From a virus (taxonomy: Duplodnaviria > Caudoviricetes): a stretch of 47,497 nt of DNA. Each line of letters starts with the position of its first letter. The first letter of the stretch is position 1. Shown here piece by piece: positions 15,834-26,476 of this stretch. Under the pieces are notes generated by a model, which was not told the DNA's origin, made no database searches, and worked only from the letters and a program-made list of their open reading frames with translations. Position numbers and translations under genes: made by a program. The DNA is taken from positions 1 to 47,497 of IMG/VR virus record IMGVR_UViG_3300033519_000251; one strand, written 5' to 3'.

Positions 15834-18800
15834 GTTTAAAAATAGACCGGCTACAGCTTGATATTGTTATCAACAACGACCAGGCGCGTAAATCGTTACG
15901 CGAGCTGGAAGATCAATCCGTCCAGCTTCAGAAACAGATGGCTAAAGTTCCGAAGGGTTCGGAGGAATGGAACAAGATGAACACCCGCCTGAAGGAATTA
16001 AAGGTGCAGCATGATAAGGTAATCGAGAGCATCGGGATACAGAACCTCACGATGAAGGAACTTGCTTCGCGCCAGCGTGAGCTTAATGCAATTCTTTTAA
16101 ACATGCGCCCTGGCATGAAAGGCTATGAGGATTTAAAAAAACAGCAGATTGAGGTAGGTCAGCGGCTGAAAGAATTAAAGGTAGGTGCGCAGCAGACATC
16201 ATTCTCCCTAAAAGGGATGGCTGATGGGTTTAACAGGTATTTTGCCACAGCCACAGCGGGTGTGGCTTCGTTAACCGGATTGGTGATCGGATTACGAAAA
16301 GCTGTTGAAACATTTAATGAATTCGAGAAACGGGTAAGTAATTTATCGGCATTAACCGGACTTACAGGCGATAATCTGAAATGGCTTTCGGAGCAGGCAA
16401 AAGAATTAAGCACATCAACAATTGAAGGTAATATAAGGATTACTTCTTCGGCAACCGAAATTGTTGATGCTTACACAAAAGTTGGAAGTAAGCGCCCGGA
16501 GCTTCTCAAGGTTAAAGAGGATCTGAATGCTGTTACCCAGGAAGCGATGATACTTGCTGCTGCTGCCAACGGCGAATTACAGCCGGCAGTGGATGGATTG
16601 ACGATGGTTCTCAATCAGTTTAATGCTCCCGCATCTGAATCGAGACGAATTATTAATGTACTGGCGGCAGGTAGTAAAGAAGGTGCCGGGGAAATTGATT
16701 ATTTGACTGCCGGTTTTGAGAAGGCCGGATCGGTTGCCAGTTCGTTCGGTATAAGTATTGAAGAGCTTACCGGCGTACTTGAAACGCTTGCACCCAGGAT
16801 TTCAGAACCTGAAATGGCTGGCCGAAGCTTGCGCAACATCATGATTAAGCTTGAAAGCCAGAGCAACGATAATTTAAAGCCTTCGATTGTAGGGCTTGGA
16901 AATGCTTTTGAGTACATGCGTGAAAAGCAGTACAGTGTTGTGCAGTTAACCGATCTGTTTGGTCAGGAAAACATCAATGCAGCCAACATCCTGATGAATA
17001 ATACTGCAGAAATTGAGAAGTACACAAAAGCAGTTACCGGCACCACCGTAGCGCTTGAACAGGCTACGATTAACACAAATAATAATGCAGACGCATTACA
17101 GCAGGCCAGAAACAGGGTAGAACTGCTCACCATCGAATTTGGTGAAAAGCTTGCTCCGGCAATGACTTTCAGTACCAATGCTTTTGGCTACTTTATGAAG
17201 GCGATGCTTGCCGCTCCGGAATTTATCAGGAAAAATGAAGTATTACTTATCTCCCTTGCAGGAGCATTGCTGGCTTACAATGCAGCATTATTAAAAAGCA
17301 CTGCAATCAGCGTTTTTAATCATCTTACCCTTCAGGCTGGTATTGGGTTGAAAATAAAAGATGCTGTTGTTTTGCAGGCACTAATCATAAAAGAAGGATT
17401 ATTTACTGCTGCAAAAACGCAGGGCACCATCGCCACCAAGGCTGCTGCTGTTGCGCAATATCTCTGGAATACAGCTATGAGCCTTAACCCGATTGGTGCT
17501 GTAATCGCCGGAATTACCGCTCTGGTGGTTGCAATTAAATTGTGGGACAGCCATAATGCAGGTGCTATTGAGCGGCAGAATCAGATCAATGAAGCTTTAA
17601 AAAATGCTGAAACATTCCAGACCGAGCTTAATAAATCGATTGATGAATACGGTAAATCGTTAACGAATCTGAATTCGCTTTCGGTTACCGAAAAGAATGA
17701 TTTACGCGAAAAAATAAGGCTTCGAATTGAGCACGTTAAGGCGATGCTGCTCGAAATGCAGGCACAAGCCGAAACCGTAAAAAAGGAAAATACCAGGACA
17801 ACCGTATGGCAGGATGTTAAGAACGCATTATTGAGCGCAGGAAATGGCGCTGTAATGATGGGGAGAACTATGGAAGATGCACTCGAAAACAGTGCAGAAG
17901 CTGTTGATCCATTAAATGAAAAAATTAAAGGCGTCGAAGCACAGCTTCTACAATTGCAGGGAACTGCCGGAAAACTTGATGATATTTTAATGGCCGAATC
18001 AATCGGTGATGCAATTGGAATAGGATCAATAGCCGAACTGGAGGAAAAAATTAAGAACTACAACATTGCCTTAAAAAATGTAAATAAGGATTCGGAAGAC
18101 TATGTCCGCATCAGTAAAAAACTGGCCGACGCAAATAAGTTATTAGGAACTGGTTCAGTTTTGGGATCCGGATCAAGTGATGCCGACAAAAAAACTCATG
18201 AAAAACTTTTGGCGGATAAGAAAAAAGCCCAGGAAGATTATTATAACGACGTTGCCAAACTTGCTGATGATAATTTTAAAAAGTCGCTGAGCAAAGATGA
18301 ACAGGAGCTGCTGGCGATTGATGAAAAGTACCAGGCACTTTACGCCAAGGCTGATTTAGCCGGACAGGATACAGCAGCTTTACAGCAGCAACATGCTGAT
18401 GAGCTTTCGGCAAAGCAATTGGAAATTGAAGAGCGCACACAGCAAGCAATTATTGAATTAAAGCAAAAGTATGGCATTGATGTTACTGCAGAAGTGATGG
18501 GGCTTGAGCTTGCACAGCTTTATGATATGTATGATAAGAAGCTGATTACTGAAGAGCAGTTTCAGCAAGCAAAGCAGGCTATTATTGACAAGTACAATAA
18601 AAAGGATTTAAAGGCAGAAAAGCAGGCTGCAAAAGATGCTGTTCAGATTGAGAAGTGGAAACAGGAAGGAAAAATGGCAGTAGTTGAAGCTACTTCGAAT
18701 CTTGTGCAGACGATTTTTAAATCTGAATCGATTGCTGCAAGGATTGCAGCTTCGGCCATGGCGATTATTAATACCTGGGCAGCGGCAACAGCGGCCTTAG

Positions 18801-19330
18801 CTCCACCACCAGTTGGCGCTGGTCCCATTGCCGGGATTCCGTTAGCAACGGCAGCAGTGATAAATGGCTTGGCAAATGTTGCCAGGATAAATGCTGTTCA
18901 GTTCGCCTCTGGCAAATACGATGTTATTGGCGCCAGTGATGGCAAAACGTACAGCGCCAACTATGCTCCAACGGCCAAAACAGGTATTTACCAGGCACCC
19001 ACTTTAATTGGCGACGGTGCCCCAGAACTTGTGGTTGATGGGCCAACTTTGCGAAACATGCAGATGAATGCACCTGGATTGATACAGGCAATTATGCAAA
19101 TGAGGGTTCCACAGTACGCAACCGGAAATTATGGCAGTGCAACAGCGCAAAAGGTTCAAAACGTTCAAAACGTTCAATCTTATGACAATACGACATCCTT
19201 AATGATGCTTTCGGTTTTGGCTGAAATATCGGCAAAGCTCGATAATCCTACCAGGGCGGCAATTGTGTACAGTGATCTGGATAAATCCATCAAAGAAGTT
19301 GAAACCATTAAAAACAGTGTGAGCAAATGA
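15830..19330 (+). CDS. Tail tape measure protein (TP901-like core)
   Basis: 1166 aa, Ala-rich coiled coil; core FEKRVSNLSALTG...NQFN..ASESRRIINVLAAGS...AGRSLRN; NPIGAVIAGI. Confidence 0.92.
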   Translation: MSLKIDRLQLDIVINNDQARKSLRELEDQSVQLQKQMAKVPKGSEEWNKMNTRLKELKVQHDKVIESIGIQNLTMKELASRQRELNAILLNMRPGMKGYEDLKKQQIEVGQRLKELKVGAQQTSFSLKGMADGFNRYFATATAGVASLTGLVIGLRKAVETFNEFEKRVSNLSALTGLTGDNLKWLSEQAKELSTSTIEGNIRITSSATEIVDAYTKVGSKRPELLKVKEDLNAVTQEAMILAAAANGELQPAVDGLTMVLNQFNAPASESRRIINVLAAGSKEGAGEIDYLTAGFEKAGSVASSFGISIEELTGVLETLAPRISEPEMAGRSLRNIMIKLESQSNDNLKPSIVGLGNAFEYMREKQYSVVQLTDLFGQENINAANILMNNTAEIEKYTKAVTGTTVALEQATINTNNNADALQQARNRVELLTIEFGEKLAPAMTFSTNAFGYFMKAMLAAPEFIRKNEVLLISLAGALLAYNAALLKSTAISVFNHLTLQAGIGLKIKDAVVLQALIIKEGLFTAAKTQGTIATKAAAVAQYLWNTAMSLNPIGAVIAGITALVVAIKLWDSHNAGAIERQNQINEALKNAETFQTELNKSIDEYGKSLTNLNSLSVTEKNDLREKIRLRIEHVKAMLLEMQAQAETVKKENTRTTVWQDVKNALLSAGNGAVMMGRTMEDALENSAEAVDPLNEKIKGVEAQLLQLQGTAGKLDDILMAESIGDAIGIGSIAELEEKIKNYNIALKNVNKDSEDYVRISKKLADANKLLGTGSVLGSGSSDADKKTHEKLLADKKKAQEDYYNDVAKLADDNFKKSLSKDEQELLAIDEKYQALYAKADLAGQDTAALQQQHADELSAKQLEIEERTQQAIIELKQKYGIDVTAEVMGLELAQLYDMYDKKLITEEQFQQAKQAIIDKYNKKDLKAEKQAAKDAVQIEKWKQEGKMAVVEATSNLVQTIFKSESIAARIAASAMAIINTWAAATAALAPPPVGAGPIAGIPLATAAVINGLANVARINAVQFASGKYDVIGASDGKTYSANYAPTAKTGIYQAPTLIGDGAPELVVDGPTLRNMQMNAPGLIQAIMQMRVPQYATGNYGSATAQKVQNVQNVQSYDNTTSLMMLSVLAEISAKLDNPTRAAIVYSDLDKSIKEVETIKNSVSK

Positions 19331-20898
19331 TAACGATTACAAAATACCCGGAATCCGTGGTTCTGGCTGGCAATAAAGTGCTGGTAAATGCTACCGGGAC
19401 AAAAATGTACAGCACAACGGGGCAAAATAGTATTTTCAAAATCCGGTTATATCCCGGAGCGGCCATAACAGAAGGCAGTAGCGTTACCCTGGCATGGGGA
19501 AATAAAACCGTTCCGATTGTTTTCAGCGTTGCAAATCCTGATAATTCGCCTTTTATTTTCAGCCCTACACTGGCCATTAACCAGTATTTTGCCGAGTACT
19601 TTAATCTTTTCCTTAAAAGTATTTATCAGATTAATGAAGATTTCGTTGTAACGCTTGCCGAGCTTGTAGGCGTTTATTGGTTTATCACATTAACGGCACG
19701 CGAAAAAGGAAGCGAATTTACCATCACGGCAACGCCGGATGTTAACCTTTCGTTTGTCAACACCCAGGCAGGCACCGACGCTGTTATTCGTTCGGGCTAT
19801 CAGCACATTTTCCAGTTGTACGATATTACCGGACAACTGATAGGGGAGGAAGCCATCACGCCGGATGCCAGCCAGAAATCGGTTTTTGATGCTTCGGAAT
19901 ACCTTTATAATAAGCTCGAACTGAACAGGGCTGCCGTTGATAACTTTTCGTTTCCGGTTGATGAAGATAAGATTTTCGAGCGGAGCGCCCAGGCACTCCG
20001 TTTTTATGTTCGCTATGCCGAAAAATGGGATCAACAGGTTCAAACACTTTACACGGCGGCAACCTGCACCGCGCTTATGGGCGGATTATCGAAATTAAAG
20101 GAAACTGAATTTGCAGCCTACGGAACTACATTTTATCAGATGCTTACTGAAGATAAATTCTTTTTAACATGGCAACCGGTTACAAAACGTACCTCGTTGA
20201 ACGCTCCTGAGCGGCTTTATTATTTTGCACCATCGGCAGGGCAGATTTACATCCGCTCGAAGGTTTATTTTTATGATGGGACAACTGCCAACGTGCTCAT
20301 CGGCTATCATTATGCGCTTTCAAAAACGGTTTATGAAATTGATTGTTCTGGTATTGTCTTTCCTTCAGCCACTTCACCCATCGAAAAATACGAAATATGG
20401 CTTTCTGATATTGACGAAAATATCCTGAGCGAAATTCGCACCTTTATTATTGATCACACCTTTTACCGGAACGAACAGCACTTCATTTTCCGCAATTCGC
20501 TGGGCGGATACGATACCGTAAGATGTACAGGAAGGTTAAAACGGCAGGGCGAAATAGACCGCGAAACCTTTACCGACGATGACAACTACCGTCATTCTCT
20601 CAATAATGTGATGGAGATTACCTACACCGCCGAAACCGGATCAATCAGCGCCGAAATGTTCAGATGGCTCGACGATCTGATGTTGAGCAAGGAAGCATGG
20701 TGGCTTACCGGAGGCCGTGCGCTGCCTGTTATTATCACCAATAAGAAAAGCACGGAGTTGGTTGATGACCAGCGCCGGTTTAATATTTCGTTCGATTTCT
20801 CACTTTCGGCGCTCGAAACTTACAGCGCTGCACCATCAACCCGCAACGCAGTTTTGGAGGAGTTAACCGGCAACAATAACGGAAATATCAATGCTTAA
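19327..20898 (+). CDS. Tail protein after tape measure (distal tail-like)
   Basis: Position; C-terminal FIFRNSLGGYDTVRCTG...WLDDLMLS. Confidence 0.65.
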   Translation: MITITKYPESVVLAGNKVLVNATGTKMYSTTGQNSIFKIRLYPGAAITEGSSVTLAWGNKTVPIVFSVANPDNSPFIFSPTLAINQYFAEYFNLFLKSIYQINEDFVVTLAELVGVYWFITLTAREKGSEFTITATPDVNLSFVNTQAGTDAVIRSGYQHIFQLYDITGQLIGEEAITPDASQKSVFDASEYLYNKLELNRAAVDNFSFPVDEDKIFERSAQALRFYVRYAEKWDQQVQTLYTAATCTALMGGLSKLKETEFAAYGTTFYQMLTEDKFFLTWQPVTKRTSLNAPERLYYFAPSAGQIYIRSKVYFYDGTTANVLIGYHYALSKTVYEIDCSGIVFPSATSPIEKYEIWLSDIDENILSEIRTFIIDHTFYRNEQHFIFRNSLGGYDTVRCTGRLKRQGEIDRETFTDDDNYRHSLNNVMEITYTAETGSISAEMFRWLDDLMLSKEAWWLTGGRALPVIITNKKSTELVDDQRRFNISFDFSLSALETYSAAPSTRNAVLEELTGNNNGNINA

Positions 20899-22561
20899 AA
20901 TCAAAGTTGGCACCGAATATCTGGACATGGGAAACTTCTCGGTTTCCTTTGAACTGCTTTCGCCTGTTTTTAACGATATTGGCAGCTTCAGTTATCCGTT
21001 CACGCTTCCGGCCACAGCCAAAAACAAGCAGGTTTTGGGCTTTCCGGCAAAGGTGAACTATTCAAATTTCACCACTCAAAAGGTTGCCGTGGAATTATAC
21101 CTGAAGGGGCTGTTCTGGAAACGCGGCAACTTAGTAGTTACCGAGGCCAACAAAGACAGCATCCGGGCAAACTTTACGGTAAGTGAAGGCTATTTTTATT
21201 CGACCATTAAGGATTTAAAGCTGGCTGATCTGGATTTGGGGGGTATCAGGTTATTCATAGATAATCCCTGGGAAAGTTATTTCGATAAAACTTACCCGGA
21301 AACCGATTTTATCCTGTTCCCGCTGTACATGCCGCGCTTTTATGGCGAAATAAACAGCAATGCAAAATCAATAAAACTCAATCACGACCTGCTGAATAAT
21401 GGATTTGTAGGTAAAATTAACTATTGGGATGGCAATGAGGAAACTTACAACCTGCCAGGCAATACCTTTGTTTTGTTTCCATTCCTGAACTATGTGCTGG
21501 ATCGGCTTTTTGAACATATTAATATTGCCGTTACCAAAAATCCGTTTTCGGAAAATGAATTTTTAATGAAACTGGTTCTTTTTAACATGATCAGCGAATC
21601 GTACACCGAGGAAGATATTTCGGGTGGCGATGAACTTGGATCGTTCAACCTGAAAGATTATGTTCCCGATCTTACCGTTTCGGAGTTTTTTGATTATCTG
21701 CAAAGCCTATTTAAAACCTTTGTTTTTTATGACGATTTTAAAAACGAAATTTCCATCCAATACCTGAAAGATATTATTAACAACCCGGATACGCTGACCT
21801 TATCAGGAGCCATCCGGTACAATTATCTTAAACCAAACGATTACGACGGCTACCTGATGACTTACGGAATTGATGGCGACGACAACCTGGCCGAATTGCA
21901 CTACAAAGACATTTCGGGATATACTTTTCTGGGAAACCTGCCAAACCTTGCCGCTTTGCCCGCTAACGGGACGTTTCTCGATCTGTACTACATCGAGGAC
22001 ATTCATAAATACTATTATTACGAAATCAACTACACCGGCATGGCCGGAACCTTTGTTGTGCTTTCGGATGATGTTTTAACCGATCAGGAAGGCAACGGCG
22101 CTTTGGAAATTGAGATACCAGGCGTTTTTGCCCGCGACGAAATTAACCATGCCTCTTGTGGAAATACCGGGCACTGGCAGATTAAAGAAAAGCCTTTCGA
22201 GGTGCCCGACCGACCAGAACCCAGGCTGATGTTCTGGCATGGATCAGGCGTAAACTCGAACAATATCCCGTTTGGAAGTCCTTTCAACCTTTGGCCTAAT
22301 GGTGCCGAAGCAGCGCCATATTCGATAGAGTGGGGGAGTGCTGCCGGGCTAAAAGAAAACTTCCATAAAGAATTTCTCGAATTCAAAAAGACTACCCGCG
22401 AGGCGGAGATTAGTATGATACTCAAAGCATCGGATCTTAAAAACATTGATTTTTCGCGCAAATACCGCTTTTCAGAAGCCAACTGGCTTTTATCCTCAAT
22501 CAAATTCACGGTTACGAATGATAAAATCACACCAGCAACGATTGTGGCCTTTAAAGTTTAA
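20891..22561 (+). CDS. Tail tip/baseplate hub-like protein
   Basis: N-terminal GSFSYPFTLPAT..NKQVLG; position. Confidence 0.6.
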   Translation: MLKIKVGTEYLDMGNFSVSFELLSPVFNDIGSFSYPFTLPATAKNKQVLGFPAKVNYSNFTTQKVAVELYLKGLFWKRGNLVVTEANKDSIRANFTVSEGYFYSTIKDLKLADLDLGGIRLFIDNPWESYFDKTYPETDFILFPLYMPRFYGEINSNAKSIKLNHDLLNNGFVGKINYWDGNEETYNLPGNTFVLFPFLNYVLDRLFEHINIAVTKNPFSENEFLMKLVLFNMISESYTEEDISGGDELGSFNLKDYVPDLTVSEFFDYLQSLFKTFVFYDDFKNEISIQYLKDIINNPDTLTLSGAIRYNYLKPNDYDGYLMTYGIDGDDNLAELHYKDISGYTFLGNLPNLAALPANGTFLDLYYIEDIHKYYYYEINYTGMAGTFVVLSDDVLTDQEGNGALEIEIPGVFARDEINHASCGNTGHWQIKEKPFEVPDRPEPRLMFWHGSGVNSNNIPFGSPFNLWPNGAEAAPYSIEWGSAAGLKENFHKEFLEFKKTTREAEISMILKASDLKNIDFSRKYRFSEANWLLSSIKFTVTNDKITPATIVAFKV

Positions 22562-22565
22562 CCGC

Positions 22566-22600
22566 CGACTTCGGACTTCCGACTTCGGACTTCCGGCTTT
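22566..22600 (+). repeat. Heptamer tandem repeat (SGACTTC)x5
   Basis: CGACTTC GGACTTC CGACTTC GGACTTC CGGCTTT. Confidence 0.85.
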
Positions 22601-22605
22601 AAATT

Positions 22606-22640
22606 GTCCTTTTCTAAAAACTATTTTGATAACATTTTTG
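22606..22640 (+). promoter_or_regulatory. Putative late promoter 3
   Basis: GTCCTT-N21-CATTTTTG. Confidence 0.7.
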
Positions 22641-22656
22641 CTTAAAATAATAACGG

Positions 22657-23949
22657 ATGGCGAAGTACACAAAAGCACAGGTTGACACAGCGATAACTAC
22701 AATTCTGGATAATGCTTCAGGATTGGTTACTCCTGCGATAGTGAGGGCCGTTTTGGCTACTTTGCGCGATATGGAGCAACTGGCTTCATACATCAAATTT
22801 ACCAATGCAACGCTTCAGGCGACAACAGTCGAAGAAGCCCTGGCAGCCATCGCACACGCCAATATCCCGGTTTGGAGCAGCGAGCTAACTTACGATGCCG
22901 GATACACCGTTTACTGGCAATACCTGCTTTATGTTGCAAACGTAAACATTACCGCCGGTGGCGCTGAGCCAGGTGCATCAAATAACTGGATACTTGTTTC
23001 GGGTGGCGAAGGTGGCACCATGACGGCAGGACAAATAAAAGCATCCCTCGAAACACTTACTTTAACCGACAGGCTTAATGCTTCGGCAATTCAGGGACTT
23101 ATTACCGATGCCGACCAGCTTACTTATGATGATCCTGCTTTCGGTTTTATCGGTTCGGCGCTAAATTTCCTGGTATTGCGGCAAAACATGGACTATTCGC
23201 AAACCATGACTTACAAGGTTGGGTATGTTGTTTTTTACAGCGGGAAACTTTACCGTTGTAAAATAACCTGCGTAAACATCCCGCCAACAAATACAAATTA
23301 TTGGCAGGTAGCAATCCCGAATTTTACATCATCGGCTGATTTTGTGGCTATCCATGAAGATGCTCAAAAAACAACCGACTTTGTGATTACGACAGGCGAC
23401 ACAGTTACCTTTGAGGAACGGTGCCTTTTGTTTACGCAAGCCATAACATACAAATGGGAAATACAAAATGAGGCTTATGGATCGCCAATTGTTTATAGCT
23501 ACAAAAGGGCGTTCGATTATGTTTTCACACTTGCAGGCACCTACAAAATAACACTTTCGGCTTTAGATTCGAGCGGAAGTGTAATTGATTCGGAATTAAA
23601 GACTGGTTTTGTTGAAGTTGAAGACCCGGTTCAAAATTTCACAATCTATTACGGAACTTCGGCTGACAATATCGTTTTGGAAGCAGAAGCAGTATTAGGA
23701 ACAGCATTTATTGATACAACACCCACCGAAACATTGATCAATTTCAATATGCAATCAAACGCTTATCCGTGGATGGTTGCACCGGCAAGTCATGTTTACA
23801 CCCTTTGCCGTGACGAATCGCTTGGTGGATGGTTTGATATTACCCAGGTTTACAGTGTTTCTAATATTTACATTGGCGGAATATTGCACAAACTTTATAT
23901 GTACAAATTCCCGACTTTGATTATTGCAATGAGTTTTAAAACAATTTAA
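22657..23949 (+). CDS. Tail fibre/appendage protein with two CBM5/12-like motifs and a PKD-like domain
   Basis: WSSELTYDAGYTVYWQYLLYVA...W; YSQTMTYKVGYVVFYSGKLYRC...YW; YVFTLAGTYKITLSA. Confidence 0.7.
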   Translation: MAKYTKAQVDTAITTILDNASGLVTPAIVRAVLATLRDMEQLASYIKFTNATLQATTVEEALAAIAHANIPVWSSELTYDAGYTVYWQYLLYVANVNITAGGAEPGASNNWILVSGGEGGTMTAGQIKASLETLTLTDRLNASAIQGLITDADQLTYDDPAFGFIGSALNFLVLRQNMDYSQTMTYKVGYVVFYSGKLYRCKITCVNIPPTNTNYWQVAIPNFTSSADFVAIHEDAQKTTDFVITTGDTVTFEERCLLFTQAITYKWEIQNEAYGSPIVYSYKRAFDYVFTLAGTYKITLSALDSSGSVIDSELKTGFVEVEDPVQNFTIYYGTSADNIVLEAEAVLGTAFIDTTPTETLINFNMQSNAYPWMVAPASHVYTLCRDESLGGWFDITQVYSVSNIYIGGILHKLYMYKFPTLIIAMSFKTI

Positions 23950-23960
23950 TAAAAATAACG

Positions 23961-25271
23961 ATGGGAATACCAGTTGGAAACGGAATTGATATTAATGCAC
24001 CGAAGGGTCCTGACCATAAAATGCGGGTTGGCGCTTCCGATTGCCTTTATGTAGATAAAGACAATATTCCATCATATTGGAGATACGAGGGGATGCCTGT
24101 ATGGGCTAAAGAAGGTACTGTTTGGAAAAAGTACATTCTTGCGTTAGACCTTGTAACCTGGACAAGCGATAGCGGAGATACCGCTATGGATGATTTGACA
24201 ACGCATATTAGCTATGCCAATCCTCACGATACGATGGCTTCGGATATTATGACCGATGCCGATATTACGGTTCAGGCCGAATTAACCGCAATAAAGGGAG
24301 ATGTAGCTGATAAAGCCGAGCAAATTGACCTGACTAATCACATTAGCGTTGCCAATCCTCACGACACAATGGCTTCGGATATTATGACCGATGCCGATAT
24401 TACGGTTCAAGCCGAATTAACCGCAATTAAAGGAGATGTAGCTGATAAGGCCGAGCAAATTGACCTGACTAATCATATTGGTTATGCCAATCCTCACGAT
24501 ACGATGGCTTCGGATATTATGACCGATGCTGATATTACGGTTCAAGCCGAATTAACCGCAATAAAGGGTGATATTGACGGAAAACCTGACACCCTTAGCG
24601 ACATAACCGGAGCAGCCGCTGAACTCGACCCTGACGGAAATTTTAGCATCCTTAAACAGCTTATTTTTTCGGCTTCTGAAGTAGAGCCTGCTTCACCGGC
24701 TACACTAAATTTTTCGGATAAAAATTTTATGGCAGTAACGGTAAATGGAAATTTAACAGTTACAAATATTGTTGCCGGATTAGCTGGCCCTGCGTATGGG
24801 ATTTACATCATTGTTTTTAAATTTACAGCAGCAGCAACCATAACTTTTGATGATTCGCTGTATTTGTCGCCAATTATAGGGATAGCCGATTCTTCGATAT
24901 TCCTTATCGGGCATAATTATAACGGAGAGCCGAGATTTATTAAAAGTACAGTTTTCGGGCTGAGTTGTAATTATTATTTTGGTGCTTCGGCTGATGCGAC
25001 AGTTTTAGAAGCAGAAGTTTTATCAGAAACCGAACAGACCGATCCAACTGCTGATGAAATTGAAGTAGCTTTTGATTATTCAACGCCAGCCTATCCGTGG
25101 CTTGTGGCTCCGATCATTTTTCCGTTTACATTGGTAAAAGATTCTATCGGTGGATTTTATGACCTTACCGAAGTTTTCAATGTAACACCGATAACGGTAA
25201 GTGGAGTTGCTTGTTACCTGTACATTTATAAATTCAAAACCATTGTGGACACATTAACTTTTAAACTTTAA
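23961..25271 (+). CDS. Tail fibre-like protein with 45-aa NPH repeats
   Basis: ~2.8 copies of DLTxHIxxANPHDTMASDIMTDADITVQAELTAIKGDVADKAEQI. Confidence 0.7.
   Translation: MGIPVGNGIDINAPKGPDHKMRVGASDCLYVDKDNIPSYWRYEGMPVWAKEGTVWKKYILALDLVTWTSDSGDTAMDDLTTHISYANPHDTMASDIMTDADITVQAELTAIKGDVADKAEQIDLTNHISVANPHDTMASDIMTDADITVQAELTAIKGDVADKAEQIDLTNHIGYANPHDTMASDIMTDADITVQAELTAIKGDIDGKPDTLSDITGAAAELDPDGNFSILKQLIFSASEVEPASPATLNFSDKNFMAVTVNGNLTVTNIVAGLAGPAYGIYIIVFKFTAAATITFDDSLYLSPIIGIADSSIFLIGHNYNGEPRFIKSTVFGLSCNYYFGASADATVLEAEVLSETEQTDPTADEIEVAFDYSTPAYPWLVAPIIFPFTLVKDSIGGFYDLTEVFNVTPITVSGVACYLYIYKFKTIVDTLTFKL
24192..24573 (+). repeat. 135-bp in-frame tandem repeat (~2.8 copies)
   Basis: GCCAATCCTCACGA at 24216, 24351 and 24486. 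Confidence 0.92.
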
Positions 25272-25274
25272 AAT

Positions 25275-26207
25275 ATGGGACGTGCTATAAATTTAGGCAG
25301 ACCGATTGTAACTCATGGCCCCTGGATGGATTTGAGTAAAATGTTTGTTGGCTTCGATTTCAGCGAATACGCTACTAAGGAGGATATTCCCCGCGATTTG
25401 CGTTTTGTTGATATGGTTGTTTTTGAGAAATCAACCGGAGAAGTAAAAGAATATCACCTCGAAGGTGGGACTGGCGATGAATTATTTGTTGATAAGACAA
25501 AAGTTGATGCTGATAATTTTAAAGCTGTTTCAGAAAACTTTCTGGCTTACGGCAGTTTTTATGCCTACAATAAAACAATTCCTTTTAATATCGTAAAGGC
25601 AAACACGTATCATGCGCTTTGCCTGGTTACTGCCGGCGATTTTACCGAAGGTTACACAAACATTGTAGCGTTTAACGAGGGAAGAATTGTAGATGCTAAC
25701 ATTACTTCGGAAGCCGATAGTTCGGGAAAATTATTGATTACCTGTTCGGCTGCTCACGCACTTTCGACTGGTGATCTGGTTGTTTTGGTAAACATGAATA
25801 ACGCCGGACACGATAAGCCAACGATTATTACCAGGGTTGATGCAACCAGTTTTACATGCGACGACATCAATTATGTTGCTAATGCCGGAAATTCGGCTGG
25901 GATTGTTACCGTTCCGGCATACCTTCAGCCAGTTACCAACGCAGGCGGGATTTACTTTGTTTCGCTTAACATTGATGGAACAGCAGCAGCAGCAAATAAA
26001 GCGTGGAAATGGGAAGTTAACAAAAACATCAACGCTGTTGATGCAATTGTAAGCGAGCGGCTATCAACAAACACCCTGGCATCATTATCAACATCCGGGA
26101 TTATCGAACTTGCCGAAAATGACAAACTTTGGATTTCGGGAAAAAACATTACCGACCCCACCGATTACGTTATCAAGAACATGAATTTTAACATCCATAA
26201 AATTTAA
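25275..26207 (+). CDS. Tail-associated protein with possible C1q/TNF-like C-terminal domain
   Basis: ITCSAAHALSTGDLV insert; GIYFVSLNI...SGIIELAENDKLWI. Confidence 0.55.
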   Translation: MGRAINLGRPIVTHGPWMDLSKMFVGFDFSEYATKEDIPRDLRFVDMVVFEKSTGEVKEYHLEGGTGDELFVDKTKVDADNFKAVSENFLAYGSFYAYNKTIPFNIVKANTYHALCLVTAGDFTEGYTNIVAFNEGRIVDANITSEADSSGKLLITCSAAHALSTGDLVVLVNMNNAGHDKPTIITRVDATSFTCDDINYVANAGNSAGIVTVPAYLQPVTNAGGIYFVSLNIDGTAAAANKAWKWEVNKNINAVDAIVSERLSTNTLASLSTSGIIELAENDKLWISGKNITDPTDYVIKNMNFNIHKI

Positions 26208-26210
26208 AAA

Positions 26211-26444
26211 ATGAACACAGTAAAAACCGGCGAAAGCCCACAGCGCGTAATAACCTCAGGGAGTAAAACATACCTTTTATTTCCAGATTACGGCGTTACC
26301 GATCTGGCAACGGCAGGATGGGCAATTAAGCGCATTGACGAAACCAGCGCCACCGACGTAACAATTATGTGGGCAGAAGGCAGCCTGGATAAAAAATTCG
26401 CAGCCAACAACCTCGCAGCATTAACCTTTAGCAACATACTGTAA
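26211..26444 (+). CDS. Small hypothetical virion protein
   Basis: 77 aa in the tail operon. Confidence 0.65.
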   Translation: MNTVKTGESPQRVITSGSKTYLLFPDYGVTDLATAGWAIKRIDETSATDVTIMWAEGSLDKKFAANNLAALTFSNIL

Positions 26445-26476
26445 TGGCCTGGTTTAAACCTTAATACTAAAAACTG

